DNA of 62,847 nt, counting the filler, from Octopus bimaculoides (Eukaryota): the NCBI RefSeq assembly GCF_001194135.2. It is 6 parts of 5 records of this genome, joined end to end, with 100 filler letters (N's around TTAATTAATTAA, not from the genome) between each part and the next. Parts side by side here need not be neighbours in the genome. Positions count along the whole stretch, not along the records: positions 1 to 30,985 come from NC_069005.1; 5 more parts are not named here. One strand, given 5' to 3'. The stretch's first letter is position 1; every line of letters starts with the position of its first letter. The position numbers were made by a program, and so were the translations under genes. Shown one piece after another: positions 1 to 13,207 of this stretch. Below the pieces are notes generated by a model. The model was not told where the DNA came from. It made no database searches and was given only the letters and a program-made list of their open reading frames with translations.

Positions 1-606
1 ATATATTTACTTTATATATGTGTGTATGTACGTATGTATTGATTGAACATATATATGGATATGACACTAGGCGCATGAGCGTATTTGTGCGTTGTGTTAT
101 TGATATGGAACAAAAAAAAAATCAAAATCCTTTCGTAAAATGTCTTTAATGTGAAACAAAACAATGTCAGTTGTAAAATATAGCGTACAATCAATGAATG
201 TTAACATATTAATAATACTATTGTTGCTGTTGTTATTCAGCACCCAGCGCACCTTAATCGGTTGGGGTCTATAATCAAATGTAGTATAACCACGATCACT
301 AGGCTTTTCAAACATTTAGTAGCTAAGACTAGATTATCTAACGTATTATTTCTTTATCTCAGAGGCGTCAGTAATTTAAAAAGTATTTAGCTGCTATTTT
401 TAGAAGCTGAAGCTGCCACGTAGAGACGTCCTCGTTTGTTCACTCTCATGTGTACAAGACGGGTGTGATGTGCGGGTGTATATTGCTGATGTGCTGTGCT
501 GAAGAAGCTATAAAGGTACCGCTTTGCACTGCAACGTAGACACACACTTATTTCCGTAATAAGAAACTGCAAAGTTGCTGTCTCGCATCACATTTGAAAA
601 AAGCTT

Positions 607-620
607 TGACGTCATTTCCG
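607..620. promoter_or_regulatory. CRE palindrome abutting an ETS-like core
   Basis: TGACGTCA at 607-614 followed by TTTCCG (minus strand CGGAAATGACGTCA) in non-repetitive, CpG-containing sequence. Confidence 0.3.
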
Positions 621-3186
621 TTTTGGAGAAGCAATTCTTTCATGATATCGAATAACACTAGAAACAACAGACTCACACAAGGATGGTGAATAACTAAAAA
701 TAGAAGCTAAAACACATTAACAATGCAAACATATACACCATAGATCTCTCCCCGTCTTTCTATTGTTCGTTAGTTTTCTACGTCTCTTTGTCTCTGTGTC
801 TACCTCTCCAGCAACATACATACATACATACACACATATATACATATACATTTACTTATAATAGATTTTGGTTATTTACAAGAACAAAAGAGTATTCTAT
901 ATATATAGTGAAGCGAAATATTTACTGATGCAGGTGCTTTTAGTGATTATACATCAGGGTTGGAGGTTTCATATTCGGATTATCCGAAAGAATCACCACA
1001 AAAACTATAACTAGTCGGCGTGGCTATCAGCCAAGTACAATGAAGACTCAGTGAGTGATTATCGAAACATCGAGTATTTTATGACAGAAATAAGAATCTA
1101 AGTAAAGAGTATAACTTATGTATTAATATTTTTTACCGGTGATTAGTTTTCTGCATATTGGCAAAAGTCATAATGAACAAACCTCTTAATGAATATGCTG
1201 TGATAAGAGAAACGTCAATATAGTGATAAAATATTAAAGAGTTGAAGCAAATGTTAAGATGATAATGGGTGTAGTACATCATGAAATATGTCAAAGTTAG
1301 TAAATAAATGACGTGGACATTAAAGAAAAAGATGAAGAATAGTATAAATAATTCGGATAAATAGTTACATGACAATCCATTCATTCAAGTGGTTGTATAA
1401 ACTTGCTCTGTCCCAGTAAACGATTATCAAATTTTGCTGAAAATCTTCTTTGTATCTGGCATTTAAAGCGTTCGCAAATTTTTTAAAGTTCTTGATTATG
1501 GTGTTCTTTTCAGATGTGATAATCCATTTCTGTATGGTTTACATCTTCCAAGGAATTTTTTTCCCTTGATGCCGAATGCAGAACCGTGTTCTCTTGAAGT
1601 CCAGTTCTTTTAAATAGTTTTATTATGCTCCTCCTTTCTATATTTTTGCGAGAAGTATAGTTGAAGTATCTTTGGTTACATTTAGATCAAATGCACCATC
1701 AACACACTGTTACTCAATAGTAATAAAAACGCTGTGACGTAATTTCTTTCACATCTTCCTTATCTTTAAATGTTAGGCTTAACATAGCTGAAAATTTCCA
1801 GCTTCAATAAATAACATTTCTTCTCATCATTGATACAGAATATTATACAATAGAAATAACCTAAATTTAAGTTACAGCTGCACCACGAATATTACAGAAA
1901 ACTTAACAAATAACTCTTTTAAAAATAACTGAGGCTAATCGTAAATGCGAAGAATTAAATGTATACTCCCTATTTAGACATGCAACGCATTTGCTGTCTT
2001 TTACAAAACAGCGGGTGCCTCTACTAAACAAATATTAAACATAGTGGATATAGAATTTGAAAATATGGTTGAAAATGATTTTAAACTGAGTTACTTCGAT
2101 TATAGTTCACTTTGATTGAAACTACAATGGTTTTGATTTGTGGTAGGTACGAGAAAGTGGGGTAAGGTTATGTCATGTGACTTTTTTTTAAAGTATAGTT
2201 ATCAATAGAAAAGTTATACTGCGTTCAAGTCACGAACGAGTTGACTGGTAGCACGTATTGTTTTAATAATGTGATGTAAGTTAGACGGCAGTTCGTGAGA
2301 CAAAAGGTTTAAAATAAAGTTAAAAAGCATGAAAGAAACGGAGACAAGGTAGAAAAGAAGAAAGAATGAGAAAAAAAACATGAGAGGGAAAGAGAAAAAT
2401 GGTAATGAGAAAGAAGCTAGTTTATTTTTAATGAAGAGACAAATTGAAAGAAGGAAATAAGGGAAGGAAGAAAGATGACCGCCGAGAGAATGGAAGAATA
2501 AAGGTACTAGGGAGGTGGTGGTGGTGGTGGTGGTGCAGGTCGATGGATCAATGATACATTCATTACATCTGTATTCATTATGGAAATAGGTTTATTAAGA
2601 AACACACTTCTTTAACAAATATCATAAATAAAACCTGCATATACATGCACACCCATACACATACGCGCACATTCATGCGCGTGCACGAACACACAGACAC
2701 ATACACACACATACATACATATATATATATACATACACACGCATATACATATGTACATATATATGCTCGTTTTTAGCTGTTAGTTTTTAGCTCTTATTTC
2801 TAGCAATTGTCGGTGCTACTTTGTGCCCTCATTTATGTATTCTACCTTTTTGGTTTTTAATTGCTTTAACCACCTATTTTATAACGTATTTAATATATCA
2901 TAATATTAATTTATCATTAGAATATCTTATACACAACCATATTTCAACTTATCCTTTTTCTTCTCTAGGCTCTTCCTTATTTTTCTTTTTTCTTTTTTTA
3001 GCTCCATGTTTCAGATACGTTTTATTAACAAATATAATAAATATTTTTAGCATATCAATGGCAATACCATACAACATTGGAAGCAGAAACAGTTGTTAGA
3101 TGGGATGCAGTCTGTTTGTATTGAATTAATAAATAAGTGATATAAGTCAATTGTTCGTCAACATTTCTCCATTTTCTGTTTTCTTT

Positions 3187-3252
<66 letters not shown>

Positions 3253-3670
3253 ATGTATATATATATATATATNNNNNNNNNNNNNNNNNNNNNNNNNNNN
3301 NNNNNNNNNNNNNNNNNNNNNNNNNNNNNNNNNNNNNNNNNNNNNNNNNNNNNNNNNNNNNNNNNNNNNNNNNNNNNNNNNNNNNNNNNNNNNNNNNNNN
3401 NNNNNNNNNNNNNNNNNNNNNNNNNNNNNNNNNNNNNNNNNNNNNNNNNNNNNNNNNNNNNNNNNNNNNNNNNNNNNNNNNNNNNNNNNNNNNNNNNNNN
3501 NNNNNNNNNNNNNNNNNNNNNNNNNNNNNNNNNNNNNNNNNTATGTATACAGGTACACGAAATACAAATATATACAGTTATAGATATATAAACGTAGAGG
3601 CGTTGTATGTGTATGTTTGAAGAGACAAACAGACAGACAGATTCACAAGTGACGGCTGTGATTATGTATG

Positions 3671-3731
<61 letters not shown>

Positions 3732-4077
3732 GTGAGTGTGCATACTCACATACACATGCAAACAGAAGCACACACTCACATACACACGCGCGCGCACATA
3801 ACCACAGCCGTTACTTTGCGAGTGTGACTTTAACACATGTACTGCACGCTTTCACAAATTGTTTTTGGAACACATGTAGACGCGAGCAGACATAGACGTT
3901 CTCAAGGCCGTCTCACTCCTGACGCAGGGAAACATATAGGATGTGACCATTAGAAAGAGAGAGAGAGAGAAATGGAGAGAGAGAAAAATGGAGAGAGAGA
4001 AAAATGGAGAGAGAGAGGGAGAGAGACAGACAGACAGACAGAAAAAGATAAAGATGTACCAGCACCATTACTATGGT

Positions 4078-4455
4078 TATTACCTCCGTCTTAGTGAAGG
4101 CGGAGGTATTGTTTTTCAGTCGTGTTTGTTTGTTTCTTTGCTTGTTCGTGGACAAGATATCTCAAGAACTGCTGGATGGATTCGAATGAAACTTTCAGAG
4201 ATGTTTGGCCTCGTGACTGGCACGAACTGATCAGATTTTGGGACTGATCCGGAACCAGACAAGAATTCTGGATGATTTCTTCAGTTTTTTACTTAATTTT
4301 TGAGAGCATTCAGGTCCATTTTTAGTATTCTCGTTTGTGAGAGCAGTCGAGTTTATTTCAGATATTCTCATTTTAAAAATCATCTCTGGCTAATCATTGA
4401 GAGGACGTTGGTGTTGCCTTGGCGGAGGTTTGCGCTCTCTGAGTGCTCTTCTTTA
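4078..4455 (+). mobile_element. Helentron-associated non-autonomous element (HINE/DINE-1-like)
   Basis: 5' subTIR with nearby inverted copy (TACCTCCGTC..GGCGGAGGTA, 4081-4108), (GTTT)n-like tract, 3' subTIR GGCGGAGGT at 4421 and stem-loop GCGCTC-TCT-GAGTGC at 4432-4446. Confidence 0.7.
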
Positions 4456-4524
4456 TTTATGTATCCATGTACATGTATAATAGAATAAAGGTATAAACAG
4501 GTGTATTAAAATTAATGTGACTGT

Positions 4525-4775
4525 GTAGTAACAAGTCTGCTTCCCAGCCACATGGTTCCGAGTTCAGACCCACTGCGTGGCACCTTGGGTACATGACTTC
4601 TACTATAGCCTCGGGATAATCAAAGCCTTGTGAGTGGATTTGGGAGACGGAAACTGAAAGAAGCCTATCGCATATGTATGTGTGTGAGTTTTTTTCCCCC
4701 ACTGTCGCTTCTCAACCAGTGTTGATTTGTTTATCTCCCCATAATAGCGGTTCGACAAAAGTGATCAATATAATA
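4525..4775 (+). mobile_element. Major tRNA-derived SINE family, truncated copy
   Basis: Shares CCACATGGTTCC..AAAGCCTTGTGAGTGGATTTG..GACGGAAACTGAAAGAAGCC blocks with the copy at 10471-10853. Confidence 0.8.
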
Positions 4776-4779
4776 ATTA

Positions 4780-5097
4780 TTTCATTCATACATTCTCGCC
4801 ATTTTCAAGCCTAGCCAGGCTCATGGGCCCGGTTTCCCGGTTTCTATGGCGTATGTGTTCCCCCCAGCTGGACGGGACGCCAGTCCATCGCAGCGTTACT
4901 CAAGAAACAGGAAGAAAGAGTGAATGAAAGTTGGGGCGAAAGAGTACAACAGGGGTCATCACCACTCCCTGCCGGAGCCGCAAGGAGCTTTAGGTGTTTT
5001 CGCTCAATAAACACACACAACGCCCGGTTTGCGAATCGAAACCGCGATCGTGCGACTGCGAGTCCGCTGCCCTAACCACTGGGCCATTGCACCTCCA
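4780..5097 (-). mobile_element. tRNA-derived SINE (possibly OR-type)
   Basis: Minus-strand head TGGAGGTGCAATGGCCCAGTGGTTAGGGCAGCGGACTCGCAG..GTTTCGATTC with A/B-box-like motifs; 3' AGAAACCGGGAAACCGGGCCCATGAG tail shared with 38011-38245. Confidence 0.8.
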
Positions 5098-5210
5098 TCT
5101 AATAATTACTANNNNNNNNNNNNNNNNNNNNNNNNNNNNNNNNNNNNNNNNNNNNNNNNNNNNNNNNNNNNNNNNNNNNNNNNNNNNNNNNNNNNNNNNN
5201 NNNNNNNNNN

Positions 5211-5370
5211 GTGTAGTGGCTGGATTGATATTGATTTGAAATTCTGGCACAAGGTCAACAACTTCGTGGGGAGAGGTAAGTCGATTAATTAAACCCCAGT
5301 ATATGACTGGCACTTATTCTATCGACCCCCCCAAGAGTATGAAAGGAAAGAAGCCCATCGTATATATAGA

Positions 5371-5403
<33 letters not shown>

Positions 5404-5490
5404 TTCTCCTCCCACTACTGCTTGTCAACCAGTGCTGGTTTGTTTACGTCCCCGTGACCTAGCGGTTCGACACAAGTCGCTAATGATTCT
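5211..5490 (+). mobile_element. Fragments of two SINE families
   Basis: 5211-5345 matches the short SINE family (cf. 18133-18325); 5345-5490 matches the middle of the major SINE. Confidence 0.65.
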
Positions 5491-5901
5491 GCCAGCTCGC
5501 CGCCTTAATGGTTAGGATTGTATTAAGTTATTGTTGTTTAACTTGTTGATATTGTTGTCGTTATTTTTACGCATGTAATTTTCCTTCTAACATTTCCTTA
5601 ATTTATTTACAGTCTCTTCCACCACAGCACTTCCCCCACTTTCCCCTGCCTTTTTCGTGTCTTCTTCCCGCTCTCTACCTTTTCTCTGTCTTTCTGTTTC
5701 CACTCTTTACGTCTCCTCCTTTCAGATTTATTCCCCTTCCATCTTTCTTCCTCATATTCCAGGATCAATTAGTTTTATCATCTCCCCATACCGTCTACCT
5801 ACATTTCTCAATCCCTCTCTTTCTTTTCTCTCACTTTCTTTCTTTCTTTCTATCCATCTATCTATCTATCTATCTGTCTATCTACCTATCTATCTGCCTG
5901 T

Positions 5902-5958
<57 letters not shown>

Positions 5959-6256
5959 GCTCGATCGATCTATTGATCTATATTTCTCCCTGTATTTCAC
6001 TTCTGCTCCTCTTAACATTCGCTACCTCAACCTAATTTCCTTCTCTCCTCCTCCTCCTCCTCCTCCTTACTATCTTTTACCCTCCCAATCCTCACCCTTC
6101 TTCTCCACCCTACCCTCTTTCTCTCTCCTCTTTCTGCTTATTCAGTTCCCCCCCCTCCCACATCTCCTCCAACCGAACTATCTTACGTCCCTCACCGACA
6201 ATTTCCATTCAGGAAGAAAGGAACAGAGAAAGAGAGAGAGAGAGAGAAAGAGAGAT

Positions 6257-6302
<46 letters not shown>

Positions 6303-6683
6303 GAATAAAGGGATAAAGAGAGAAAGGGAGAGAGAAAGAGAAAGGAAGACAGAGATAAAGTATGAAAAGAAGGACGAAAAGCCGAAAGAAAGGGAAGAAA
6401 GAGAGAAGCAGCAACAACAAGTCAATAAAATGAAACAAAACAACTTCGTGCGTCACAAATGCTTCGAAAAGACTTGACGTCATCCTGTGAAGGATTTAGT
6501 GATTAATTTACTGTCTCTTTCGACAACAACAACAACAACAACAACAGCTGCATCAGAAACAGGAGCTGTACCATCAACAATAACAACAACAACAATAACA
6601 GCCATAACAAGCAAATATGCATAATCACAGATACAATGTCAATTATTAGGAAAACCTGATACAAAACAGCCATCACGAGAATC

Positions 6684-6736
<53 letters not shown>

Positions 6737-6806
6737 AGCAATCACAGCAACAACAATGGCAGGAAAGAGCAGTAACAACAAGAACATCAACAAGCACAAT
6801 AAGGAC

Positions 6807-6946
<140 letters not shown>

Positions 6947-7616
6947 GTGGCAAAACAATGACATAAAAATAGTCAAAACGTCAACATTAACAACACTAAT
7001 GCCAGAATACTAATCACAACAACAACAACAGCAGCAGCAGCAGCAACCGATCCAGTGAGAAAGTAGCTTTAACATGGTCTTTCGGCCTGCTAGAAATAAC
7101 AGCTAATTTCCCCTGAATTCACAATATTTCTACCGGTTTAAAATCGAGAAAGAATATGTTCGATAATTTAGCCTGAAAGAAAAAAAATATTATTATGCAT
7201 TAGAAATGGCAGGGTTGTCATGGCTGGATACCTTCGATTGTAGTTCTGTTGGATTTGGCTGAGTATTCCACACACACGCACACGCACACGTCTACCCTCA
7301 TAGAGAATCAGCAGGACACACACGACTCTGTGTGTGTGTGTGTGTGTGTGTGTTGAGATAAAGGTGGAGCTTTTAATTGCAGGTAAATCCCATCTTACGA
7401 ACTTCTACACAGTTCGCGTCTATCCATTGCCACTCACAAGGTTCTGGTTGACACTTGCCCAAAAAACGCCAGGCACTAGGATCGATCTCTGAACCATGTG
7501 ATTGTGAAACTGTAAAATAGACATCATAACTATTCGGCCACACTGCGTCTTCAACCAGTCATAATAACAACAACAATAACAACATTAACAACTGATACTA
7601 CTCAACATCACTACAC

Positions 7617-7880
<264 letters not shown>

Positions 7881-8729
7881 CCAGGATCAGAGACTATTGC
7901 AACAACAACAACAATAATAATTATTAAAAGCCTGGAAAGTCTTCGATCTGCTAGAAGTAGCAGCTGAATCTCTTGTGGCTTACTGTCATAAGATAGATAG
8001 AATTGATGAAAAAAAGAAAATAGCAACACAAAACTGGGTTGCCACGATTATTGGAACAACACCACTGAGTACAGGAGTCCTCAATCAGAATTGACCTGGG
8101 GTTAAACACAAGCAACAAGAACAGTAACGCGGTCGGACATTTAAACTAGGAATTAAAGACAGACGTTAGAATAACAGGAACAAAGGGCCAACAGCGGCCC
8201 CAACCAGCACAGCCGACAACCACAACCAACAATGGCAACTCATAACCACAAAATCGCCACACATAACACACACAAACACACGCACACAATCACACATACA
8301 CACACATACGCTATCGGCAATTACCAACCGACAAGCATCACCACCATTACCACCACCACCACCACCATTACCACCACCACTACCACCACCGACACCACCA
8401 TCGAGAAAAACAGGAGCAACAGTGCAGTAGGATCTTGCCAACAAGTCAGCTGTTTCTATATTATTAAACTCCATATTGCAATGAAAACGCGCCATCTTTA
8501 AACATGCTTGGCAGTTTTATAAAACAGCAACACAGTAAGAAATAAATAAATAAATAAAAAAACTTCATTCAATGTTGCTATAGCAACCATTGCTACACTT
8601 CCCGATTTTCTCTCCTTTTCTGCTCTAAGAACAGACATTGCTTCACACAACCAAATGGGATTAATGATAGACATACATACATACGTATATACACACATAC
8701 GTACATACGTTCATACATACATACATACA

Positions 8730-8760
<31 letters not shown>

Positions 8761-8768
8761 GTATGTTC

Positions 8769-8803
<35 letters not shown>

Positions 8804-9862
8804 NNNNNNNNNNNNNNNNNNNNNNNNNNNNNNNNNNNNNNNNNNNNNNNNNNNNNNNNNNNNNNNNNNNNNNNNNNNNNNNNNNNNNNNNNNNNNNNNN
8901 NNNNNNNNNNNNNNNNNNNNNNNNNNNNNNNNNNNNNNNNNNNNNNNNNNNNNNNNNNNNNNNNNNNNNNNNNNNNNNNNNNNNNNNNNNNNNNNNNNNN
9001 NNNNNNNNNNNNNNNNNNNNNNNNNNNNNNNNNNNNNNNNNNNNNNNNNNNNNNNNNNNNNNNNNNNNNNNNNNNNNNNNNNNNNNNNNNNNNNNNNNNN
9101 NNNNNNNNNNNNNNNNNNNNNNNNNNNNNNNNNNNNNNNNNNNNNNNNNNNNNNNNNNNNNNNNNNNNNNNNNNNNNNNNNNNNNNNNNNNNNNNNNNNN
9201 NNNNNNNNNNNNNNNNNNNNNNNNNNNNNNNNNNNNNNNNNNNNNNNNNNNNNNNNNNNNNNNNNNNNNNNNNNNNNNNNNNNNNNNNNNNNNNNNNNNN
9301 NNNNNNNNNNNNNNNNNNNNNNNNNNNNNNNNNNNNNNNNNNNNNNNNNNNNNNNNNNNNNNNNNNNNNNNNNNNNNNNNNNNNNNNNNNNNNNNNNNNN
9401 NNNNNNNNNNNNNNNNNNNNNNNNNNNNNNNNNNNNNNNNNNNNNNNNNNNNNNNNNNNNNNNNNNNNNNNNNNNNNNNNNNNNNNNNNNNNNNNNNNNN
9501 NNNNNNNNNNNNNNNNNNNNNNNNNNNNNNNNNNNNNNNNNNNNNNNNNNNNNNNNNNNNNNNNNNNNNNNNNNNNNNNNNNNNNNNNNNNNNNNNNNNN
9601 NNNNNNNNNNNNNNNNNNNNNNNNNNNNNNNNNNNNNNNNNNNNNNNNNNNNNNNNNNNNNNNNNNNNNNNNNNNNNNNNNNNNNNNNNNNNNNNNNNNN
9701 NNNNNNNNNNNNNNNNNNNNNNNNNNNNNNNNNNNNNNNNNNNNNNNNNNNNNNNNNNNNNNNNNNNNNNNNNNNNNNNNNNNNNNNNATATATATATAT
9801 ATATATATATATATACAGGGTGGGTAATAAGTCACGTACGAAAACATTTGACATTTTATTCA

Positions 9863-9926
<64 letters not shown>

Positions 9927-9929
<3 letters not shown>

Positions 9930-10075
9930 GAAAACGCACAGCTTATTTTGCTGGGTATGATGGGAAGTGTCAGTTGTCCACAACCAGCAGACTAAGGTGA
10001 CACTTGTTCACTGGTCATGCTTCTAGAACCCTGCGAAGAATTCTTGTAGTTCCAAGCAATGCTCATTTTTGTAGG
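9927..10075 (-). mobile_element. 3' end of R4/Dong-type RLE non-LTR retrotransposon
   Basis: Minus strand reads ALLGTTRILRRVLEA*, then a short 3' UTR running into (AAT)n; same motif as GTAHIL at 43.7 kb and 44.4 kb. Confidence 0.75.
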
Positions 10076-10076
10076 T

Positions 10077-10295
10077 GTTCAACCTTCACACCTGTTTAAC
10101 CTCCACACCTGTTCAACCTTCACACTGTTTCTGTTGTACCCGTATTTCAAAGGGGCCAGCCTTGTCACACTCTGTATCACACTGAATCTCAGGGTACACA
10201 TGTCTGTGGAGTGCTCAGCCACTTGCACGTTAATTTCACGAGCAGGCTATTCTGTTGATCGGATCAACTGGGACCCTTGTCGTCGTAACCGACCG
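10077..10295 (-). mobile_element. SINE body/tail fragment with 17-bp tandem tail repeats
   Basis: GC-richer block TGGCACTCGGTCGGTTACGACG..GCCTGCTCGTGAAATTAACGTGCAAGTGGCTGAGCACTCC; about 3 copies of a 17-bp repeat at 10077-10125. Confidence 0.5.
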
Positions 10296-10470
10296 AGTGC
10301 CAACCATGTACGTAAATATGTACGTCTGGCGGGTCTCTACACGATATTAGCCAAATTTCATCGACGTGACTTCGATCGATAGCAGGTGATGACAGAAGAT
10401 ACCCGTTTAAAACAGGTGAAAGTAGAAATGAATCCAAAATCACGTACACATGATTAAAAATTAACAACAT

Positions 10471-10853
10471 AGGCGCAGGACTGGCTGTGTGGTAAGTAAC
10501 TTGTTTACCAACCACATGGTTCTGGGTTCAGTCCCAATGCGCGGCATCTTGGGCTTCGGGCCGACCAAAGCCTTGTGAGTGGATTTGATAGACGGAAACT
10601 GAAAGAAGCTCGTCGTATATATGTATATATATATGTGTGTGTGTTTGTGTGTCTGTGCTTGTCCCCCTAGCATTGCTTGACAACCGATGCTGGTGTGCTT
10701 ACGTCCCCGTCACCTAGCGGTTCGGCAAAAGTGAGCGACAGAATAAGTACTAGGCTTACAAAGAATAAGTCCCGGGGTCGATTTGCTCGACTAAAGGCGG
10801 TGCTCCAGCATGGCCACAGTCAAATGACTGAAACAAGTAAAAGAGTAAAAGAG
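10471..10853 (+). mobile_element. Major tRNA-derived SINE, near full length
   Basis: tRNA-like head (TGGCTGTGTGGT..GGTTCAGTCC), internal (AT)/(GT) tract, 3' CAGTCAAATGACTGAAACAAG followed by TAAAAGAG repeats; many related copies in the window. Confidence 0.9.
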
Positions 10854-11769
10854 AAACATGACCATACCTACACATATTTACAACAAACTCATTTATGTAA
10901 GTTTATTGTCTGTGTACGCAGACGTCTATATAAGCACATATGTGTGTGCGTGTGCGTGCACGAATGTGCTCGCGTGTGTGTTTGTGTAATATTTATTACA
11001 CTTTACAGGACCATTATAGCTGCTACTAAAAGTTTCACTAGTTGAATAATAATATAATAATATAATAGTATAATAATATTCATGTTGTTAATCACCGGAT
11101 TCCATTTTAAATCGGCATAGTACCCAAGTAGTTTTAAAACGGAATCAAGTCCTTAACGGTGTGAATATCTTGGAATAATTCTTTTAAAAGAAAGATATTT
11201 CAGTACAACAATAATATAGAATTGATGGAAATTTTAGTAGCAGCTATGACCAACCCATAAACTGTATAAAATCTATAATCATCTTCTTTATTTTTTGTAG
11301 TTTTATGATGATTGATACTAGTACACAGTGTGTGTGTGCTTCTTTGTGTATATTTTTGTGTATGTATATGCGTATATNNNNNNNNNNNNNNNNNNNNNNN
11401 NNNNNNNNNNNNNNNNNNNNNNNNNNNNNNNNNNNNNNNNNNNNNNNNNNNNNNNNNNNNNNNNNNNNNNNNNNNNNNNNNNNNNNNNNNNNNNNNNNNN
11501 NNNNNNNNNNNNNNNNNNNNNNNNNNNNNNNNNNNNNNNNNNNNNNNNNNNNNNNNNNNNNNNNNNATGTATGTATGTATGTATGTATATATATATTGAG
11601 GAGTAGATAGCTGACAACTGATGAAGGGTCCTTTCTCTGTGTTTACTTGTTCTGTTCTCCATTTTCTTCTCGTTGTTTACGTATTTCTAGTTGTTCGAAA
11701 CGTTGGTAACGTCCTGTACCCATATGTGCATGTATGTATATAATATATATATATGTGTGTATGTGTGTG

Positions 11770-12104
11770 TGGAGGCGCATGGCTCAGTGATTAGAGCGTC
11801 GAGCTTAAAATCGTGAGGGTGCGAATTCGATTCCCGGACCGGGCTGCGTGTTGTGTTCTTGAGCAAGACACATTATTTCACGTTGCTCCAGTATGTTCAG
11901 CTGTAGAAATGAGTCGCGACGTCACTGGTGCTAAACTGTATCGGTCTTTGCCTTTCCCTTGGATAACATCGGCGGTACGAAAAGGGGAAGCTGGGATGTA
12001 TGGGCAACTGCTGGTCTTCCATAAACAACCTTGCCCGGACTTGTGCCTCGGAGGGTAACTTTCTAGGTGCAATCCCATGGTCATTCATGACCGAAGGGGG
12101 TCTC
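11770..12104 (+). mobile_element. tRNA-derived SINE with CORE-like central block
   Basis: A box TGGCTCAGTGATT, B box ATTCGATTCC, block GTGTTCTTGAGCAAGACAC..TTTCACGTTGCTCCAGT shared with 33453-33695 and 38011-38245. Confidence 0.8.
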
Positions 12105-12185
12105 CTCATATACTATATATTATTTACAATTTATTTTACATATACATACATACACTTTTATTAAAGCTGCCAAACCATCACAAGT

Positions 12186-12224
12186 CTATTACTCAGAGTT
12201 TCACGTTCCCGTTCGTCGGACAGC
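12186..12224 (-). ncRNA. Minimal type I hammerhead-like motif (U4C core variant)
   Basis: GCUGU-CCGACGA-ACG(GGAA)CGU-GAAACUC(U)GAGU-A-AUAG; helices I, II and III all pair; GUA triplet. Confidence 0.6.
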
Positions 12225-13166
12225 TGTGACGAAAACTGAATTAAAATTCTGATGGTACATATAATATACTATGATGTAATTCACATGCAAAAATATGCAT
12301 TTATATTTAATTGGATGATTGATATTCCAAACATAACAGTGTAATATTTGCTACTAGCTGGGTGTTGGGTGTTGGGGTGAAAATTACCAGTAAGGTATAT
12401 ATATAGATATAAATATTATGATTAAATCGAAAAAAAAAAATACAAATCCTTGCTTAGAGCGGAGGATAAGTCCAGAGAAGGATTAATTGATTATTTAATT
12501 GATAATAACTAATTGATAATAAAGTAGAATCGCAAGGCGGCTGTTAAAAAAATGGGATAAAAGATAAGTGATATTAAAATTAATGGAAAATTCAATAACG
12601 AATATTAAATTAAACTTGCGTATCTGCGCGTAGGTATATGCAAAGCTGGCGTATGTATACACGCTTGTGTATATATATGTATACGTGGATGTATCTATGT
12701 GCTTGTATGTATGTATAGTGCCATGAGCGAGTGTATCTTCATATGACTTTGTATGTATGTATGTAAATATATGTCTGTATATGTTTTTATCTATGAATAT
12801 TTACTTGTAACTGTATATTCGTTATTGAATTTTCCATTTATTTTCATAGTACATATTTTTAACAACCATGTTGCAAACCTACTTCATTATCAATTAATTA
12901 TTATCAATTAATTAATCCTTATCTGGATTCACCCTTGCTCTAAGCAAGGTTTTCTCCAATTTTATCACAATATTTATATTTATATACACCTTAATGGTAA
13001 TTTTCCACCACCACCCCCAAACACCCAGACAGTAACGAATATTACACTGTTATGTTTTGAAAATCAGCCACCCAATCAAATTCAAATGCTTATTTGTGTA
13101 TTTGAATCACATTACATCGTACTATATTACATCTGCCATCAGAATTTTTTATTCAGTTTTCATCGC

Positions 13167-13207
13167 AACGGTCCGCAGAACGGGAACGTGAAACTCTGAG
13201 TAACAAT
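13167..13207 (+). ncRNA. Degenerate copy of the same hammerhead-like motif
   Basis: CCGCAGA-ACGGGAACGT-GAAACTCTGAGTA; core scrambled relative to the left arm. Confidence 0.4.

Noticed and set aside
1045-1085. ATGAAGA..GAAACATCGAGTA hammerhead-like string
   Set aside because: Core is altered and helix I does not pair.
8655-9931. Long ORFs in the track here and at 3.1, 19, 22, 24, 26, 34, 53 and 62 kb
   Set aside because: They are N gaps plus di- or trinucleotide repeats, not coding sequence.
11617-11705. CTGATGA..GAAACGTT hammerhead-like core pair
   Set aside because: No convincing helix I or helix II pairing; at best a decayed PLE-type terminal repeat.
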